DNA of 64,000 nt, from positions 15,919-79,918 of the IMG/VR virus record IMGVR_UViG_2773858042_000003; one strand, 5' to 3'. A program made the position numbers and the translations under genes. This document shows, one piece after another, positions 18,358-27,383 of this stretch (position 1 is its first letter; each line of letters starts with the position of its first letter). Source of the DNA: a virus. Taxonomy: Duplodnaviria; Caudoviricetes. Under the pieces are notes generated by a model. It had not been told where the DNA came from. It was given only the letters and a program-made list of their open reading frames with translations, and ran no database searches.

Positions 18358-18361
18358 CCCC

Positions 18362-19030
18362 ATGACCGACACCACCGACCTGATCAGCAAGGCTGTCGCC
18401 GAGGTCATGACGCCCGAGTTCGTGAAAACTCAGGTGGCAACCCGCGTCCAGAAGCTGGTCACCGAAGCGGTCGATGATGCGCTTCGCAGCTACAGCGACA
18501 TCGGCAAACAGATCAAAGAGGCGGTCCACGCCAGCCTGAAGGTCAATGACCTCAACCTCCCGTCCTACGGGCTTCTCGTCACTGGTATGATCGAAAAGCA
18601 GGTCAAGGACCATGCTAGCGCCTTGATTGATGCGCGCCTGGCCGAGGACATCCGCGAACTACTGAACATCGCGCCCGCCGAGATCAAACTTTCAGAGATC
18701 GCCGAAGGCATGATCGAAGGCCGGCACGATGAAGATTATGGCGAGGTCATCACCGTCATCGTCGAGCGCAGCGATTACGGCTCAACCTGGCTTTATCTGG
18801 ACGAAGAGGAGCACCGCCCGGCCCGCGACAAGTACCAGTGCCAGCACAGCCTGTTGCTGAACAAGGACGGCACGATCAGTAGCGCGCGGATCGACAAACG
18901 CGACCTCAAGGCCACCCAGAGCATCGGGCGCTGCTACGGCCTGCCGGACAAGATCCGTGCCTACTATGCGGCCGGAACCAAGATCATCCTGGATGAAGAC
19001 GCCGTGGTCACCTCAGTCGGGGACTACTGA
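18362..19030 (+). CDS. hypothetical phage protein
   Basis: 222 aa with strong coding bias, MTDTTDLISKAV. Confidence 0.7.
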   Translation: MTDTTDLISKAVAEVMTPEFVKTQVATRVQKLVTEAVDDALRSYSDIGKQIKEAVHASLKVNDLNLPSYGLLVTGMIEKQVKDHASALIDARLAEDIRELLNIAPAEIKLSEIAEGMIEGRHDEDYGEVITVIVERSDYGSTWLYLDEEEHRPARDKYQCQHSLLLNKDGTISSARIDKRDLKATQSIGRCYGLPDKIRAYYAAGTKIILDEDAVVTSVGDY

Positions 19031-19032
19031 CC

Positions 19033-19290
19033 ATGGCGCCGATCACCAGCAGCGATGGCTCCCGCTTCGGCGATACGCCCCTGTCGTTCGAAATGACCCG
19101 TTTCGAATCCGGCGGGATGAACAAGCGCAGCTTCTGGCGTTTCGCCGTCTCCCGCTACATCGGCCATCCGATGATCGAGGTGGACGCCGACCTCGAAATC
19201 CTGCGCGCCATGCGGACATACATCGATCGCGCCATCCAGACCGTGGAAACCGATGGAAATCGGTCTCTCGCCTCCAACAGGGAGGGCTAG
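19033..19290 (+). CDS. hypothetical protein
   Basis: 85 aa in operon. Confidence 0.5.
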   Translation: MAPITSSDGSRFGDTPLSFEMTRFESGGMNKRSFWRFAVSRYIGHPMIEVDADLEILRAMRTYIDRAIQTVETDGNRSLASNREG

Positions 19291-19293
19291 AGG

Positions 19294-19755
19294 ATGTCTG
19301 ACCATTCCATCACATCGCTGATCGAGAAGCTGGAAGGGGCTGAGGGTCCGTCCATCGTTCTTGACGCCGAAATCTGCTGGACGCTGGAACGCCCCCGCGC
19401 GATCCAAGCATTCTGGCGCGGGGCTATGGGCAAGCCGGGGCCGTTGCCCGACGAGTTTTCCCGCTTGCCGCGCGGGTTGGGCATGGCCTCTCTGGAAGTC
19501 GGATCGCCCAACTACACTGCATCCCTAGACGCCGCTCTGGCGCTGGCTGAGCGGGTATTGCCGGGACACGACTGGAGCCTTGGTCATCTGCCAACGTCCG
19601 ACGACGCCGACCACCAAGAGCATCACGAGTTCGGGTGCTTCTTCTACGCCCATCCCCATGTCGCCTCTCGGCAAGACGGGCTGGGTCACGGCGCAACAGC
19701 ACCGTTGGCAATGGTTACGGCCATCCTCCGCGCTCATTCGGAGGCCCGCGTCTGA
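19294..19755 (+). CDS. phage ABA-sandwich-like domain protein
   Basis: LDAEI...PNYTASLDAALALAERVLPG..W...TAPLA. Confidence 0.55.
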   Translation: MSDHSITSLIEKLEGAEGPSIVLDAEICWTLERPRAIQAFWRGAMGKPGPLPDEFSRLPRGLGMASLEVGSPNYTASLDAALALAERVLPGHDWSLGHLPTSDDADHQEHHEFGCFFYAHPHVASRQDGLGHGATAPLAMVTAILRAHSEARV

Positions 19756-20090
19756 TGGGGGAGAAGCAGGGACAACCCAACAACGCGCGGCTGATCGCTG
19801 AACTGCAAGCCGTGACGCTCGGCATCCACCTCGTCGGCCTGGATCGGCTGCCGGAGGTCATGGGTCCGGGTTCCAAGGCGGCTATCTCAGAAAGCCCGTA
19901 CGATGACTGCGATCCTGAGCCAGACGGTGACGATGACGACGGTCTGGACGAGTGCGGCATGTATGCCGACGGTTTCTGCTCACTCGTGGGAACGGAGTGG
20001 TGCGACTGGTCGTGTCCCAGGGGCGGTTTAGACGCCACCCGCCCCACCGGAGAAGACAGCCCCGCAACTGAGGGGGAGGGGGAGTCGTGA
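19755..20090 (+). CDS. hypothetical acidic/Cys-rich protein
   Basis: C-term C.M.ADG.CSLVGTEWCDWSCP. Confidence 0.5.
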   Translation: MGEKQGQPNNARLIAELQAVTLGIHLVGLDRLPEVMGPGSKAAISESPYDDCDPEPDGDDDDGLDECGMYADGFCSLVGTEWCDWSCPRGGLDATRPTGEDSPATEGEGES

Positions 20091-20776
20091 GGATCCTCGA
20101 TCTTTTCTGCAACGCTGGCGGTGCCGGCATGGGCTATCGCCGGGCCGGGTTCGATGTCGTCGGCGTCGATCTGGAGCCGCAGCGCAACTATCCGTTTGCC
20201 TTCATCCAGCACGACGCTCTGACGCTCGATCGACGCTTCCTGCGGTCCTTCGATGCCATTCACGCCTCGCCGCCCTGCCAGGGCTATACACCGATGCGCC
20301 ACGCCCCTGGGGCTAAGGGAGCACCGCTGTTGATCGAACAGACGCGTGCGATCCTGAAAGCAGTCGGCGTGCCATGGATCATCGAGAACGTTGAGGAGGC
20401 GCGATGGGCGATGGTCGATCCGATCACCCTGTGCGGCTCTATGTTCGGCCTCGGCGCCCAAGGGTGCCAGCTTCGGCGGCATAGACTGTTCGAAAGCAAC
20501 ATCACGATCAGGCCGCCATCCCCCTGCCAGCACGACGCCCGTCCGGTGATCGGCGTCTATGGCGGTCACGCCCGGCGCCGCGCCGCATCGGCCGGCGGAC
20601 GAGGAACCCGCGACGTTTGGGAAGGCGGACACCGCGCCGCGATGTCGGAGGCCATGGGCATGACCTGGGCCACCTGCGCCGAAATGTCAGAGGCCATCCC
20701 ACCCGCCTTCACTGAACACCTGGGCCGCCAACTGCTGGCCCACATCCAATCCTCTCGCCAGGACCAAGCAGCATGA
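20087..20776 (+). CDS. compact C5-cytosine DNA methyltransferase
   Basis: Motif I DLFCNAGG, IV ASPPCQG, VI IENV, VIII RRHRLF, X EAIPP. Confidence 0.85.
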   Translation: MRILDLFCNAGGAGMGYRRAGFDVVGVDLEPQRNYPFAFIQHDALTLDRRFLRSFDAIHASPPCQGYTPMRHAPGAKGAPLLIEQTRAILKAVGVPWIIENVEEARWAMVDPITLCGSMFGLGAQGCQLRRHRLFESNITIRPPSPCQHDARPVIGVYGGHARRRAASAGGRGTRDVWEGGHRAAMSEAMGMTWATCAEMSEAIPPAFTEHLGRQLLAHIQSSRQDQAA

Positions 20777-21651
20777 CCGCGACCCAAGCCCCCACACCCG
20801 GCCCGCTGGACAGCGAGAGCGTGAAGCTGCTCGTGAAGGGCGATTTGCTGCGGCATGAAAAATACGGTCTCGCGCATTTCTATGATGAGTGCGGAGGGCG
20901 CGGTGAAGGTTGGATAATCGTAGAGTGTTATGACGGGAAGGACGCTGCGTGCCGACCTGAAAACCTGACTTTCATCGGTCGCCCTGCTGACGGCTGGATG
21001 CCGTGGTCTGGCGGCGAGAACCCGGTCGATTACCGTCAGAACGTGGAGGTCAGATACCGAGACGGTCGCATCGTTCAGTGCGCTGCTGGAACGCAAGACT
21101 GGACGCGGCTCAGCGAAAACGGGGAGGACGCTACCGACATCATCGCCTTCCGCCTCGCCCCCACCGCTCCGGTCGAAGCGAGCGGGTCGGAGCGGGAGCA
21201 TGGTCCGAAGTGCTGGGGGAAAACCTCACTCTCCGACGAAATGGCGCATTGCTATTGCGGATCGACAGACCTCCGCCCCCAACCGAGCGGAGAGACGCGG
21301 GGCCTAGAACCGCTTGCAGACGATCCCGCCGTCGCAGCTTTGTGCGATAGCAGCTACCGGGCGGGCGCATTGGCTGGCTGGAACGCCGCGAATTACTCCG
21401 ACCCTGAAGAGGGTGAGCGCATCATGGCGCGCATCCGTGAGGTTGAGTCGGGTTCTCTAGCACCTATCGCTGAGCGCAACCGGCAACGATCCGCCCGCCC
21501 CCTCGCCTTGGGAGGCCAGCACAGCAGCGGGGAGGGGGAACGACGGGCGGCGGTCATGCGCGAGGTGAAATCATACGGTCAGTCGGACGAAGTGGGTTCG
21601 GCTTTCTGGGTCAACGCCTTAACCAGCCGCATCATGGAGGTGACGAAATGA
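20773..21651 (+). CDS. mosaic hypothetical protein
   Basis: 292 aa; includes a W.PW.GGE.PV..V.V.YRDG segment and the module duplicated at 24357. Confidence 0.6.
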   Translation: MTATQAPTPGPLDSESVKLLVKGDLLRHEKYGLAHFYDECGGRGEGWIIVECYDGKDAACRPENLTFIGRPADGWMPWSGGENPVDYRQNVEVRYRDGRIVQCAAGTQDWTRLSENGEDATDIIAFRLAPTAPVEASGSEREHGPKCWGKTSLSDEMAHCYCGSTDLRPQPSGETRGLEPLADDPAVAALCDSSYRAGALAGWNAANYSDPEEGERIMARIREVESGSLAPIAERNRQRSARPLALGGQHSSGEGERRAAVMREVKSYGQSDEVGSAFWVNALTSRIMEVTK

Positions 21652-22400
21652 CCCTCTCGACCATCGAAACTGTCGGCTCTCGGGAAACTTGTTCCGAAGC
21701 ACTGGCGACATTGCGAGATAATGCGCGTCAGGCCTCGACTGACAAGGAGCGCGGCGACCGATGGATGCGCAGCCATGGTTGCGTGGTGTCTCTGCCTTCA
21801 AAAACAACGAACGAAGACTACGGGGCAACCGTTTTTCTGCCTGCCGATAGCGCCAGATACGTCGCGCCTTATAAGCCTGATCCAGCGCGTGAAATGGCGT
21901 TCTCTCGACATGCCACGGGGGCCAACCCGCGTATCGTAATCGCTCTCGTAAACGAGATCGAGCGTTTGCGTGCCGCCCTCTCCACCACGCCTGTCGCCGA
22001 AACGGCTGGGGAGGCTGTGGACGAAGGGGCGGCGGGGGAGGGTTTGTATCTGACGAAGGGCGTATTGGCGCGACTGAGAGCGCTGTCCTGCCATAGCAGC
22101 CTCGGCCCGTTGGGCATGGACGAACTTCGGCAAGCGCTCGCAGCCCGCGCCCACCCGTCCCCGACCCCCGCCGCCGATGCCGACAGGGTGCGGGAGATTG
22201 TGGTGAAAGCCGTGAAGGCGGCGATGAAGGACGCTTGGGAAGACCACGCCACCGACACGGGATGCTGGCCCGCCGACATCAAGCGCGTCTCTGCCCGTGG
22301 TCCTCTGCGCCTTACGTTTACCCCCGCGATCTGGGCGCAGACGACCGCCGAATGGGCCGCCGAGACGGTCCTCGCCTCCCTGCAACCGGAGGAGAAGTAG
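21648..22400 (+). CDS. Ead/Ea22-like motif protein
   Basis: ANPRIVIALVNEIERLRAAL. Confidence 0.5.
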   Translation: MTLSTIETVGSRETCSEALATLRDNARQASTDKERGDRWMRSHGCVVSLPSKTTNEDYGATVFLPADSARYVAPYKPDPAREMAFSRHATGANPRIVIALVNEIERLRAALSTTPVAETAGEAVDEGAAGEGLYLTKGVLARLRALSCHSSLGPLGMDELRQALAARAHPSPTPAADADRVREIVVKAVKAAMKDAWEDHATDTGCWPADIKRVSARGPLRLTFTPAIWAQTTAEWAAETVLASLQPEEK

Positions 22401-22631
22401 ATGGCTGACGGCGTTTTCATCAAGTCGTGGGAGGTCCACTGCGCCGGTTGCGAAGCACCGTTGCTAGGGATCGGACGCTTCGGATCAACGCAGGACGCGG
22501 CAGAAGACGCGCGCAAGGAGGGGTGGCGCATCCGCAACGGTTTTTGGCACTGCAAACCTTGCGTGGTGCAGAAGGATCGCCAACGCGCCGCCCTGAAATC
22601 GACCGCCGCGAAGGAAGGGGGAGAGGGCTGA
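22401..22631 (+). CDS. small zinc-finger protein
   Basis: CAGC...A...GW...HCKPC. Confidence 0.6.
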   Translation: MADGVFIKSWEVHCAGCEAPLLGIGRFGSTQDAAEDARKEGWRIRNGFWHCKPCVVQKDRQRAALKSTAAKEGGEG

Positions 22632-22634
22632 TGG
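22590..22634 (+). repeat. 45-bp direct repeat at gene junction, copy 1
   Basis: GCCCTGAAATCGACCGCCGCGAAGGAAGGGGGAGAGGGCTGATGG, identical at 23269. Confidence 0.9.
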
Positions 22635-22909
22635 CTGATCTGACCCTGGCTTTGAACGGCGAGTATTTCGACGCGATCCGAGACGGCTCAAAGGTCGAGG
22701 AATTCCGCCTTCGCACGGACTACTGGCGCAAGCGACTGGAAGGTCGGTCCTATGAACGGATTGTCCTGACGCGCGGCTATCCGGCTCGCGACGACCATAC
22801 GCGCCGCCTTGTCCTGCCATGGCGTGGTTATCGCGAAATCACCCTCACTCATCCGCACTTCGGCACAGAACCTGTCGAGGTGTTCGCAATCAAGGTGTCA
22901 GACCAATGA
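22631..22909 (+). CDS. ASCH/PUA-like protein
   Basis: LALNGEYFDAIRDGSKVEEFR..YW.KRL. Confidence 0.75.
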   Translation: MADLTLALNGEYFDAIRDGSKVEEFRLRTDYWRKRLEGRSYERIVLTRGYPARDDHTRRLVLPWRGYREITLTHPHFGTEPVEVFAIKVSDQ

Positions 22910-23310
22910 CCTACTCTAACGCGAACACGTCGGGGCTGGAAAACGCGGGCCACATCGTTTGGTGGAAGGCTGGCGGCGTCAGCTACTATCCCGAAGGAGA
23001 GGCGTTCGGGGTCTCCAAGTCCTGCCGCGTCGAACCTCTAGTCACCGCCGCATCCGCTCAAGCCAGGATCGCGGAGTTGGAATCGGCTTTAGCTGCGGCA
23101 CAGAACGCCGATGCCGACAGGGTGCGGAAGTTGGAGACTATCGCAGACCTAGCCGACGAACTCATCAACCGGGGCGGCCTAGTCAATCGCGGGGTGGATC
23201 GTGGTCTGGTCGTTGTCGAGAAGGCGGATCGTTCAGACCCGCACTATCGGCTGTGTCTCGCGCTGGAAGCCCTGAAATCGACCGCCGCGAAGGAAGGGGG
23301 AGAGGGCTGA
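22906..23310 (+). CDS. hypothetical protein
   Basis: 134 aa, ATGA overlap. Confidence 0.55.
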   Translation: MTYSNANTSGLENAGHIVWWKAGGVSYYPEGEAFGVSKSCRVEPLVTAASAQARIAELESALAAAQNADADRVRKLETIADLADELINRGGLVNRGVDRGLVVVEKADRSDPHYRLCLALEALKSTAAKEGGEG

Positions 23311-23313
23311 TGG
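23269..23313 (+). repeat. 45-bp direct repeat at gene junction, copy 2
   Basis: Identical to 22590..22634. Confidence 0.9.
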
Positions 23314-23603
23314 ACACCGCACGCATCATCAAGGCCGCTCAGGACATTGAGCGTTGCCAACGCGCCCTGACATGGCTCCGAGACAACGGGTCGGTTCTCA
23401 CTGGCCGCAGCAAAGACGACGCCTCTGTCTCCGTTCACATCAACTTCGCCAGCGCGTTGCCCGGAGCGAAGGAGGCCTCAGAAGTTCTAAGCGCCTACGC
23501 GACACTTTCGCTTCCCGATCTTGTCGAGACGGCCATCAAGTCTTGCGAGAACACAATCGACATGTGCTCTGACGCCATTCGTGCGGAAGGGGTGTCAAAG
23601 TGA
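23310..23603 (+). CDS. hypothetical protein
   Basis: 97 aa, starts in the repeat. Confidence 0.55.
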   Translation: MDTARIIKAAQDIERCQRALTWLRDNGSVLTGRSKDDASVSVHINFASALPGAKEASEVLSAYATLSLPDLVETAIKSCENTIDMCSDAIRAEGVSK

Positions 23604-23911
23604 CCGCCCCCTCTAACGCGAACACGTCGGGGCTTGGAGACGTGGGTCTGAGCGAAACGTATCGCTTCGCCTACGAGAGCATCCGAAACGGCGCGCCCGG
23701 CCTGTCTGACGCGACCTGTGCGGCAATCGCGAGGTCGATCAGCATGAAGGTGTCGCTGTCCAAAACCGACCGCGCCACCGCAGCCGAAGCCCGAGCGGAT
23801 AGGCTGGCGAAGGCTTTGGAGGACATCTCCAGCGGTTATGCAAACTGCGACGACTTCCAAGACGCACAGGACATAGCCCGCGCCGCCCTACAGCAGGAGA
23901 CACAGCCGTGA
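23600..23911 (+). CDS. hypothetical protein
   Basis: 103 aa, C-term RLAKALEDI..IARAAL module. Confidence 0.5.
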   Translation: MTAPSNANTSGLGDVGLSETYRFAYESIRNGAPGLSDATCAAIARSISMKVSLSKTDRATAAEARADRLAKALEDISSGYANCDDFQDAQDIARAALQQETQP

Positions 23912-24150
23912 GCGCCTGGAACGGTATATACGACAGCGATGACGTGATCTGCCCGCGCTGTCAGGGCGGCGGGACGGTTGACTGCCATTGCGGCGGCGAC
24001 CTGTGCGTCTGCGAAAACTATGGCGAGCGCGATTGCCCGATCTGCCACGGCGAGGGTGAAGTTTCAGAAGAACGCGAAGCCACATACTTCGAAAATCAGC
24101 GCGCGGCTTTCGAGGCAATGCGGCGCGTTTTCAAGGACACACCCCAATGA
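23908..24150 (+). CDS. DnaJ-type zinc-finger small protein
   Basis: CPRCQGGG and CPICHGEG (CxxCxGxG) motifs. Confidence 0.65.
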   Translation: MSAWNGIYDSDDVICPRCQGGGTVDCHCGGDLCVCENYGERDCPICHGEGEVSEEREATYFENQRAAFEAMRRVFKDTPQ

Positions 24151-24626
24151 CCCAGACCCCTACCGATGCGCTGCGCCTGGTGCCGGACGAGGAACAGATT
24201 TTCGCTTGGCTGAACCGAAAATACGTCCAGCGCGCAGAAGAGCGCCAGCGTTCTATGAACCTGCAATATATGGAGGCCGAGACGCACGATCTTTCGGCAT
24301 CCCTTCATCGCTGGCTGCTAGCAGCCGCCCCCGCATCGCCGCTGCCAGGGGGCGGATTAGAGCCACTTTCAGACGATCCGGCCGTAGCGAGTATGTGCGA
24401 CAGCAGTTATCGCGCCGGTGCCTTGGCAGGATGGAATGCTGCACATCATTCAGACCCTGAAGAAGGTGAGCGGATCATGTCTCGTATCCGAAGCGTCGAG
24501 CCAGGATCGCTTGCCCCGATTGTCGAAAGAAATCGCGCCAGACAACAGGTGCGAGAGTATGATTTCAAAGCCGAAGACGAATGGTTTGAGCCTTTGCCCG
24601 CCGCCCCGACAGGTGAACCGAAATGA
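24147..24626 (+). CDS. hypothetical protein with duplicated module
   Basis: 159 aa; LEPLSDDPAV..ERNR module shared with 20773..21651. Confidence 0.6.
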   Translation: MTQTPTDALRLVPDEEQIFAWLNRKYVQRAEERQRSMNLQYMEAETHDLSASLHRWLLAAAPASPLPGGGLEPLSDDPAVASMCDSSYRAGALAGWNAAHHSDPEEGERIMSRIRSVEPGSLAPIVERNRARQQVREYDFKAEDEWFEPLPAAPTGEPK

Positions 24627-24696
24627 CCGACCATATCGGTGAGGCCACCCAAAAGGTCGCCCGCGCCTTCCTCGCCCGCAATGGGAAGGGGGAGGG

Positions 24697-24909
24697 ATGA
24701 GCGCGCAACGAACCTCCGTAAGCAAGATGGTTCGGTCGCTCCAGAAGTGCGGGCTGACCGTTACGGGCGTCGAGGTGGCGCCCGATGGGACTGTGAAGGT
24801 CTTGACCCAAGCCGCCAATGAGAGCGCAGATGACGAACTGGAACAGGCGAGGGAGCGCAGGCGTGCGCGCAAGGCTGGTCGGACTGCACAAGGCCACGAA
24901 GCGGCTTAG
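24697..24909 (+). CDS. putative excisionase / recombination directionality factor
   Basis: 70-aa basic protein overlapping the integrase start; G..V..VE..PDG.V motif; function from position only. Confidence 0.45.
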   Translation: MSAQRTSVSKMVRSLQKCGLTVTGVEVAPDGTVKVLTQAANESADDELEQARERRRARKAGRTAQGHEAA

Positions 24910-25963
24910 CGATGGCCGTGTGGCCGTCTACGTCTACGCTTATCGCGGTGGCGGCATAGTTGCGCGCGCTGAAGGTCGGACATTGGACGCCGCCAACCGT
25001 GCCGTGGAGGCGGAGCTGGGCCGGCCGGAGACCCTTGACCGGATAGAGCGGGCGAGGAAGCCGGTGCGCCAAGCAGATAGCAAGGCTTACATCCGGGGCC
25101 TGATCGCAGCCTTCAAAATGTCGCCCGAGTGGGCCAAGCTGGGCGACACCAGCAAGGCCGAATATGCCCGATACCTGAAGGCCTTCTCCGACGAGTTCGG
25201 AGACTGGAAGGTCAGCCTGTTCGAACAACCCAAGGCGAAGGTCGAACTGCTGGACTGGCGCGACGAGTGGGCCGATCGACCTCGCGCCGCGGACTATGCG
25301 CTCCAGACGGTTGGGCGCCTGTTCAAATGGGCCAGGGGCCGCGGGCTAACCGAGGCTCGGCCGACCGAAGACGTGGAGCGTCTGCATAGCGCCAACAGAT
25401 CCGATCTGATCTGGACCGACGATGATCTGCAAGCGGTCCTAGGCAGCGCCGGCGCCGAAGTGGGCTTGGTGATCCGTCTTGCGGCAGAGACCGGCCTACG
25501 AATGGGCGACCTGCTGAACCTGCCGTGGGGCGCGATAGGCGAACACGGCATCGTCTGGCGCACCAGTAAGCGGGATCGCCAGGTCGTTGTGCCCCTGACC
25601 GAGGAGGCGAAGCGCATCCTGGAGGCCGCGCCCCGCAAGCATCTCGTCATCCTGACGAACAGCCTGGGGAAGCCATGGACGACGGACGGTTTCAAGACGA
25701 TGTTCCGGCGCGCCAAGACCGACGCGGGAATCACCGGGCTGCGTTTCCACGACCTGAGAGGGACGGCCGCCACCCGGCTATTCCTCGCCGGCTCCCCTAA
25801 GCGCGACATCGCCACGATCATGGGTTGGTCGGAGGCTGCTGTTGACGCCCTTCTCACAAAATATGTGTCCGGTGACGCTGTCGCCCTTGACCTCCTATCC
25901 CGAATGAACCAGAAACGCGCCGCGCAAACCGATGACAAACCGGTTTCGCAAGGAGGCAGCTAA
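24863..25963 (+). CDS. int: tyrosine recombinase / phage integrase
   Basis: TGLRMGDL (R), FHDLRGT (H-x-x-R), IMGW, TKYV (Y); GTG start at 24863 chosen. Confidence 0.95.
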   Translation: MRARLVGLHKATKRLSDGRVAVYVYAYRGGGIVARAEGRTLDAANRAVEAELGRPETLDRIERARKPVRQADSKAYIRGLIAAFKMSPEWAKLGDTSKAEYARYLKAFSDEFGDWKVSLFEQPKAKVELLDWRDEWADRPRAADYALQTVGRLFKWARGRGLTEARPTEDVERLHSANRSDLIWTDDDLQAVLGSAGAEVGLVIRLAAETGLRMGDLLNLPWGAIGEHGIVWRTSKRDRQVVVPLTEEAKRILEAAPRKHLVILTNSLGKPWTTDGFKTMFRRAKTDAGITGLRFHDLRGTAATRLFLAGSPKRDIATIMGWSEAAVDALLTKYVSGDAVALDLLSRMNQKRAAQTDDKPVSQGGS

Positions 25964-25982
25964 GTAGTTGTTTCTAAAGTGT

Positions 25983-26059
25983 GCGTCCTTAGCTCAGTTG
26001 GTTAGAGCATCTGACTTTTAATCAGAGGGTCCTCGGTTCGAGCCCGAGAGGACGTACCA
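25983..26059 (+). tRNA. tRNA-Lys (anticodon UUU)
   Basis: Cloverleaf: GCGTCCT/AGGACGT acceptor (G1-U72), GCTC/GAGC D stem, TCTGA-CTTTTAA-TCAGA anticodon arm, CTCGG-TTCGAGC-CCGAG T arm, encoded CCA. Confidence 0.97.
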
Positions 26060-26067
26060 ATTTAAAG
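26060..26067. repeat. IS target-site duplication, left (ATTTAAAG)
   Basis: Repeated exactly at 27746..27753. Confidence 0.92.
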
Positions 26068-26081
26068 GGGAACTATATACT

Positions 26082-26225
26082 TCACTCCCCGACATCCTTT
26101 TTCGCCTTCCGTTCCTCGCGTTCGATCTTCTTTTGAACCTTCATCGCCGCCTCGCCTTTGCCTTTGGGGCGATAGGCCAGAACGTGCGTTGTGAAGGCGT
26201 CGAGGGCTTTCAAAATCTCGGTCAT
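26082..26225 (-). CDS. small basic ORF downstream of transposase (47 aa)
   Basis: MTEILKALDAFTTHVLAYRPK..., ATGA overlap, stop inside the TIR. Confidence 0.5.
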   Translation of the reverse strand: MTEILKALDAFTTHVLAYRPKGKGEAAMKVQKKIEREERKAKKDVGE

Positions 26226-27139
26226 GCGATGAGGGCCTTGTAGGTGAGACGGGGGCCGATAGCGGCCATGAGAAGGCTGGTGATCCGGTCGAGCGTGTGG
26301 TGCTTCACGTCGCCGTCGTTGAGACGGAAAGTGAACTCGCTGACGTAGCGGTCCAGATGCTTGGGGCTGGCGTGGTGATAGACGCCGTGAAGGCCGCGCT
26401 TCATCACAGCCCAGACGCTTTCAATGCTGTTCGTGGTCACGCCGTCGCGGACGTATTCTCCCTGCCCGTGGGCGACCGTCTCGTGGGTGTAGAAAAGCCC
26501 GCCGATGCCGCGATAACCGCCGTGTTCGTCGGTATGAAGGGTTGAGCCTGTCTCAACGTGGCCGTGGATGGCGCGGTGAAGGGTATTAGCGGACGTGTCG
26601 TGGATGACGGCGGCTTTGGTCCTGCCGCCCTTCTCGCGCATCCCCAGAACAGCCGTTTTGCCGACCGCGCCGCGACCGGCGTTCAGCTTCTTGCCCTTGT
26701 GTTTGTTGGCTTCCTTGCCGCCGATGAATGCCTCGTCGATCTCGACGAATCCAGACAGGACGGTCGGGTCATTACCGCAAGCCTCGCGGAGCCGTTGGAG
26801 CATGAACCACGCCGATTTCTGGGTCACGCCGATCTGCGCGGCCAGTTGAAGACTGCTGATACCCTTGCGGGCCGTGACCAACAGATACATGGCGTAGAGC
26901 CACTTATGGAGAGGGATGTGCGACCGCTCGAAGATGGTCCCCGTCCGCACGGTGAAGTCGCTCTTACAGGCATTACAGCGATAGAAGCCGCCCTTGCGCG
27001 TCGTGATGCGCTTGGCCTCACTACAGGCGGGACAGACGGCCCCCTCGGGCCAACGCTTGCCTTCCATGTAAGCCCGCGCCGCTTCCGCGTCGGGGAACAT
27101 CTCAAAAAGCTCGAAGGTCGAGATCGTGGATTTGGTCAC
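26222..27139 (-). CDS. IS1595-family transposase
   Basis: N-term Zn ribbon CPAC..YRCNAC, HTH, VEIDE, LHTDE..Y, TNSIESVW. Confidence 0.95.
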   Translation of the reverse strand: MTKSTISTFELFEMFPDAEAARAYMEGKRWPEGAVCPACSEAKRITTRKGGFYRCNACKSDFTVRTGTIFERSHIPLHKWLYAMYLLVTARKGISSLQLAAQIGVTQKSAWFMLQRLREACGNDPTVLSGFVEIDEAFIGGKEANKHKGKKLNAGRGAVGKTAVLGMREKGGRTKAAVIHDTSANTLHRAIHGHVETGSTLHTDEHGGYRGIGGLFYTHETVAHGQGEYVRDGVTTNSIESVWAVMKRGLHGVYHHASPKHLDRYVSEFTFRLNDGDVKHHTLDRITSLLMAAIGPRLTYKALIA

Positions 27140-27298
27140 TGACTTGTCTCTGTCGCTACGTCTTCGACGTCGATGTGGATCAGGCCCTTGGCCTCAAGTG
27201 TTCTCGCAGTCCGAAACTCAAGCGCACCTTGGAGCGGTTACTGACTTCAAAAGCTGGATCATCGCCAGCAGTTCTTTCTGGCGCGGTGTCAGCTTCAC
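27136..27298 (-). pseudogene. frameshifted winged-HTH-like passenger ORF
   Basis: MKLTPRQKELLAMI in one frame, ...RTARTLEAKGLIHI in another; 163 nt. Confidence 0.4.
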
Positions 27299-27383
27299 GA
27301 CCGTCCCTCACCGACCAGTTCTTTCTCAATGTCGGCGACGGTGGCGTGACCCATATTCTCGCCAAGCTGAAAGGTGGATTTAG

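Larger units (their letters stand above)
1..25982. mobile_element. Prophage 1, HK97/lambda-like temperate siphovirus (left end beyond window)
   Basis: Colinear tail-neck-capsid-protease-portal-terminase genes (minus strand), replication genes, divergent cro/cI, early operon and integrase ending 19 bp before tRNA-Lys. Confidence 0.93.

Noticed and set aside
27180-27365. 61-aa ORF from the track inside the IS
   Set aside because: Better explained as the middle frame of a broken wHTH ORF; no RBS or motif
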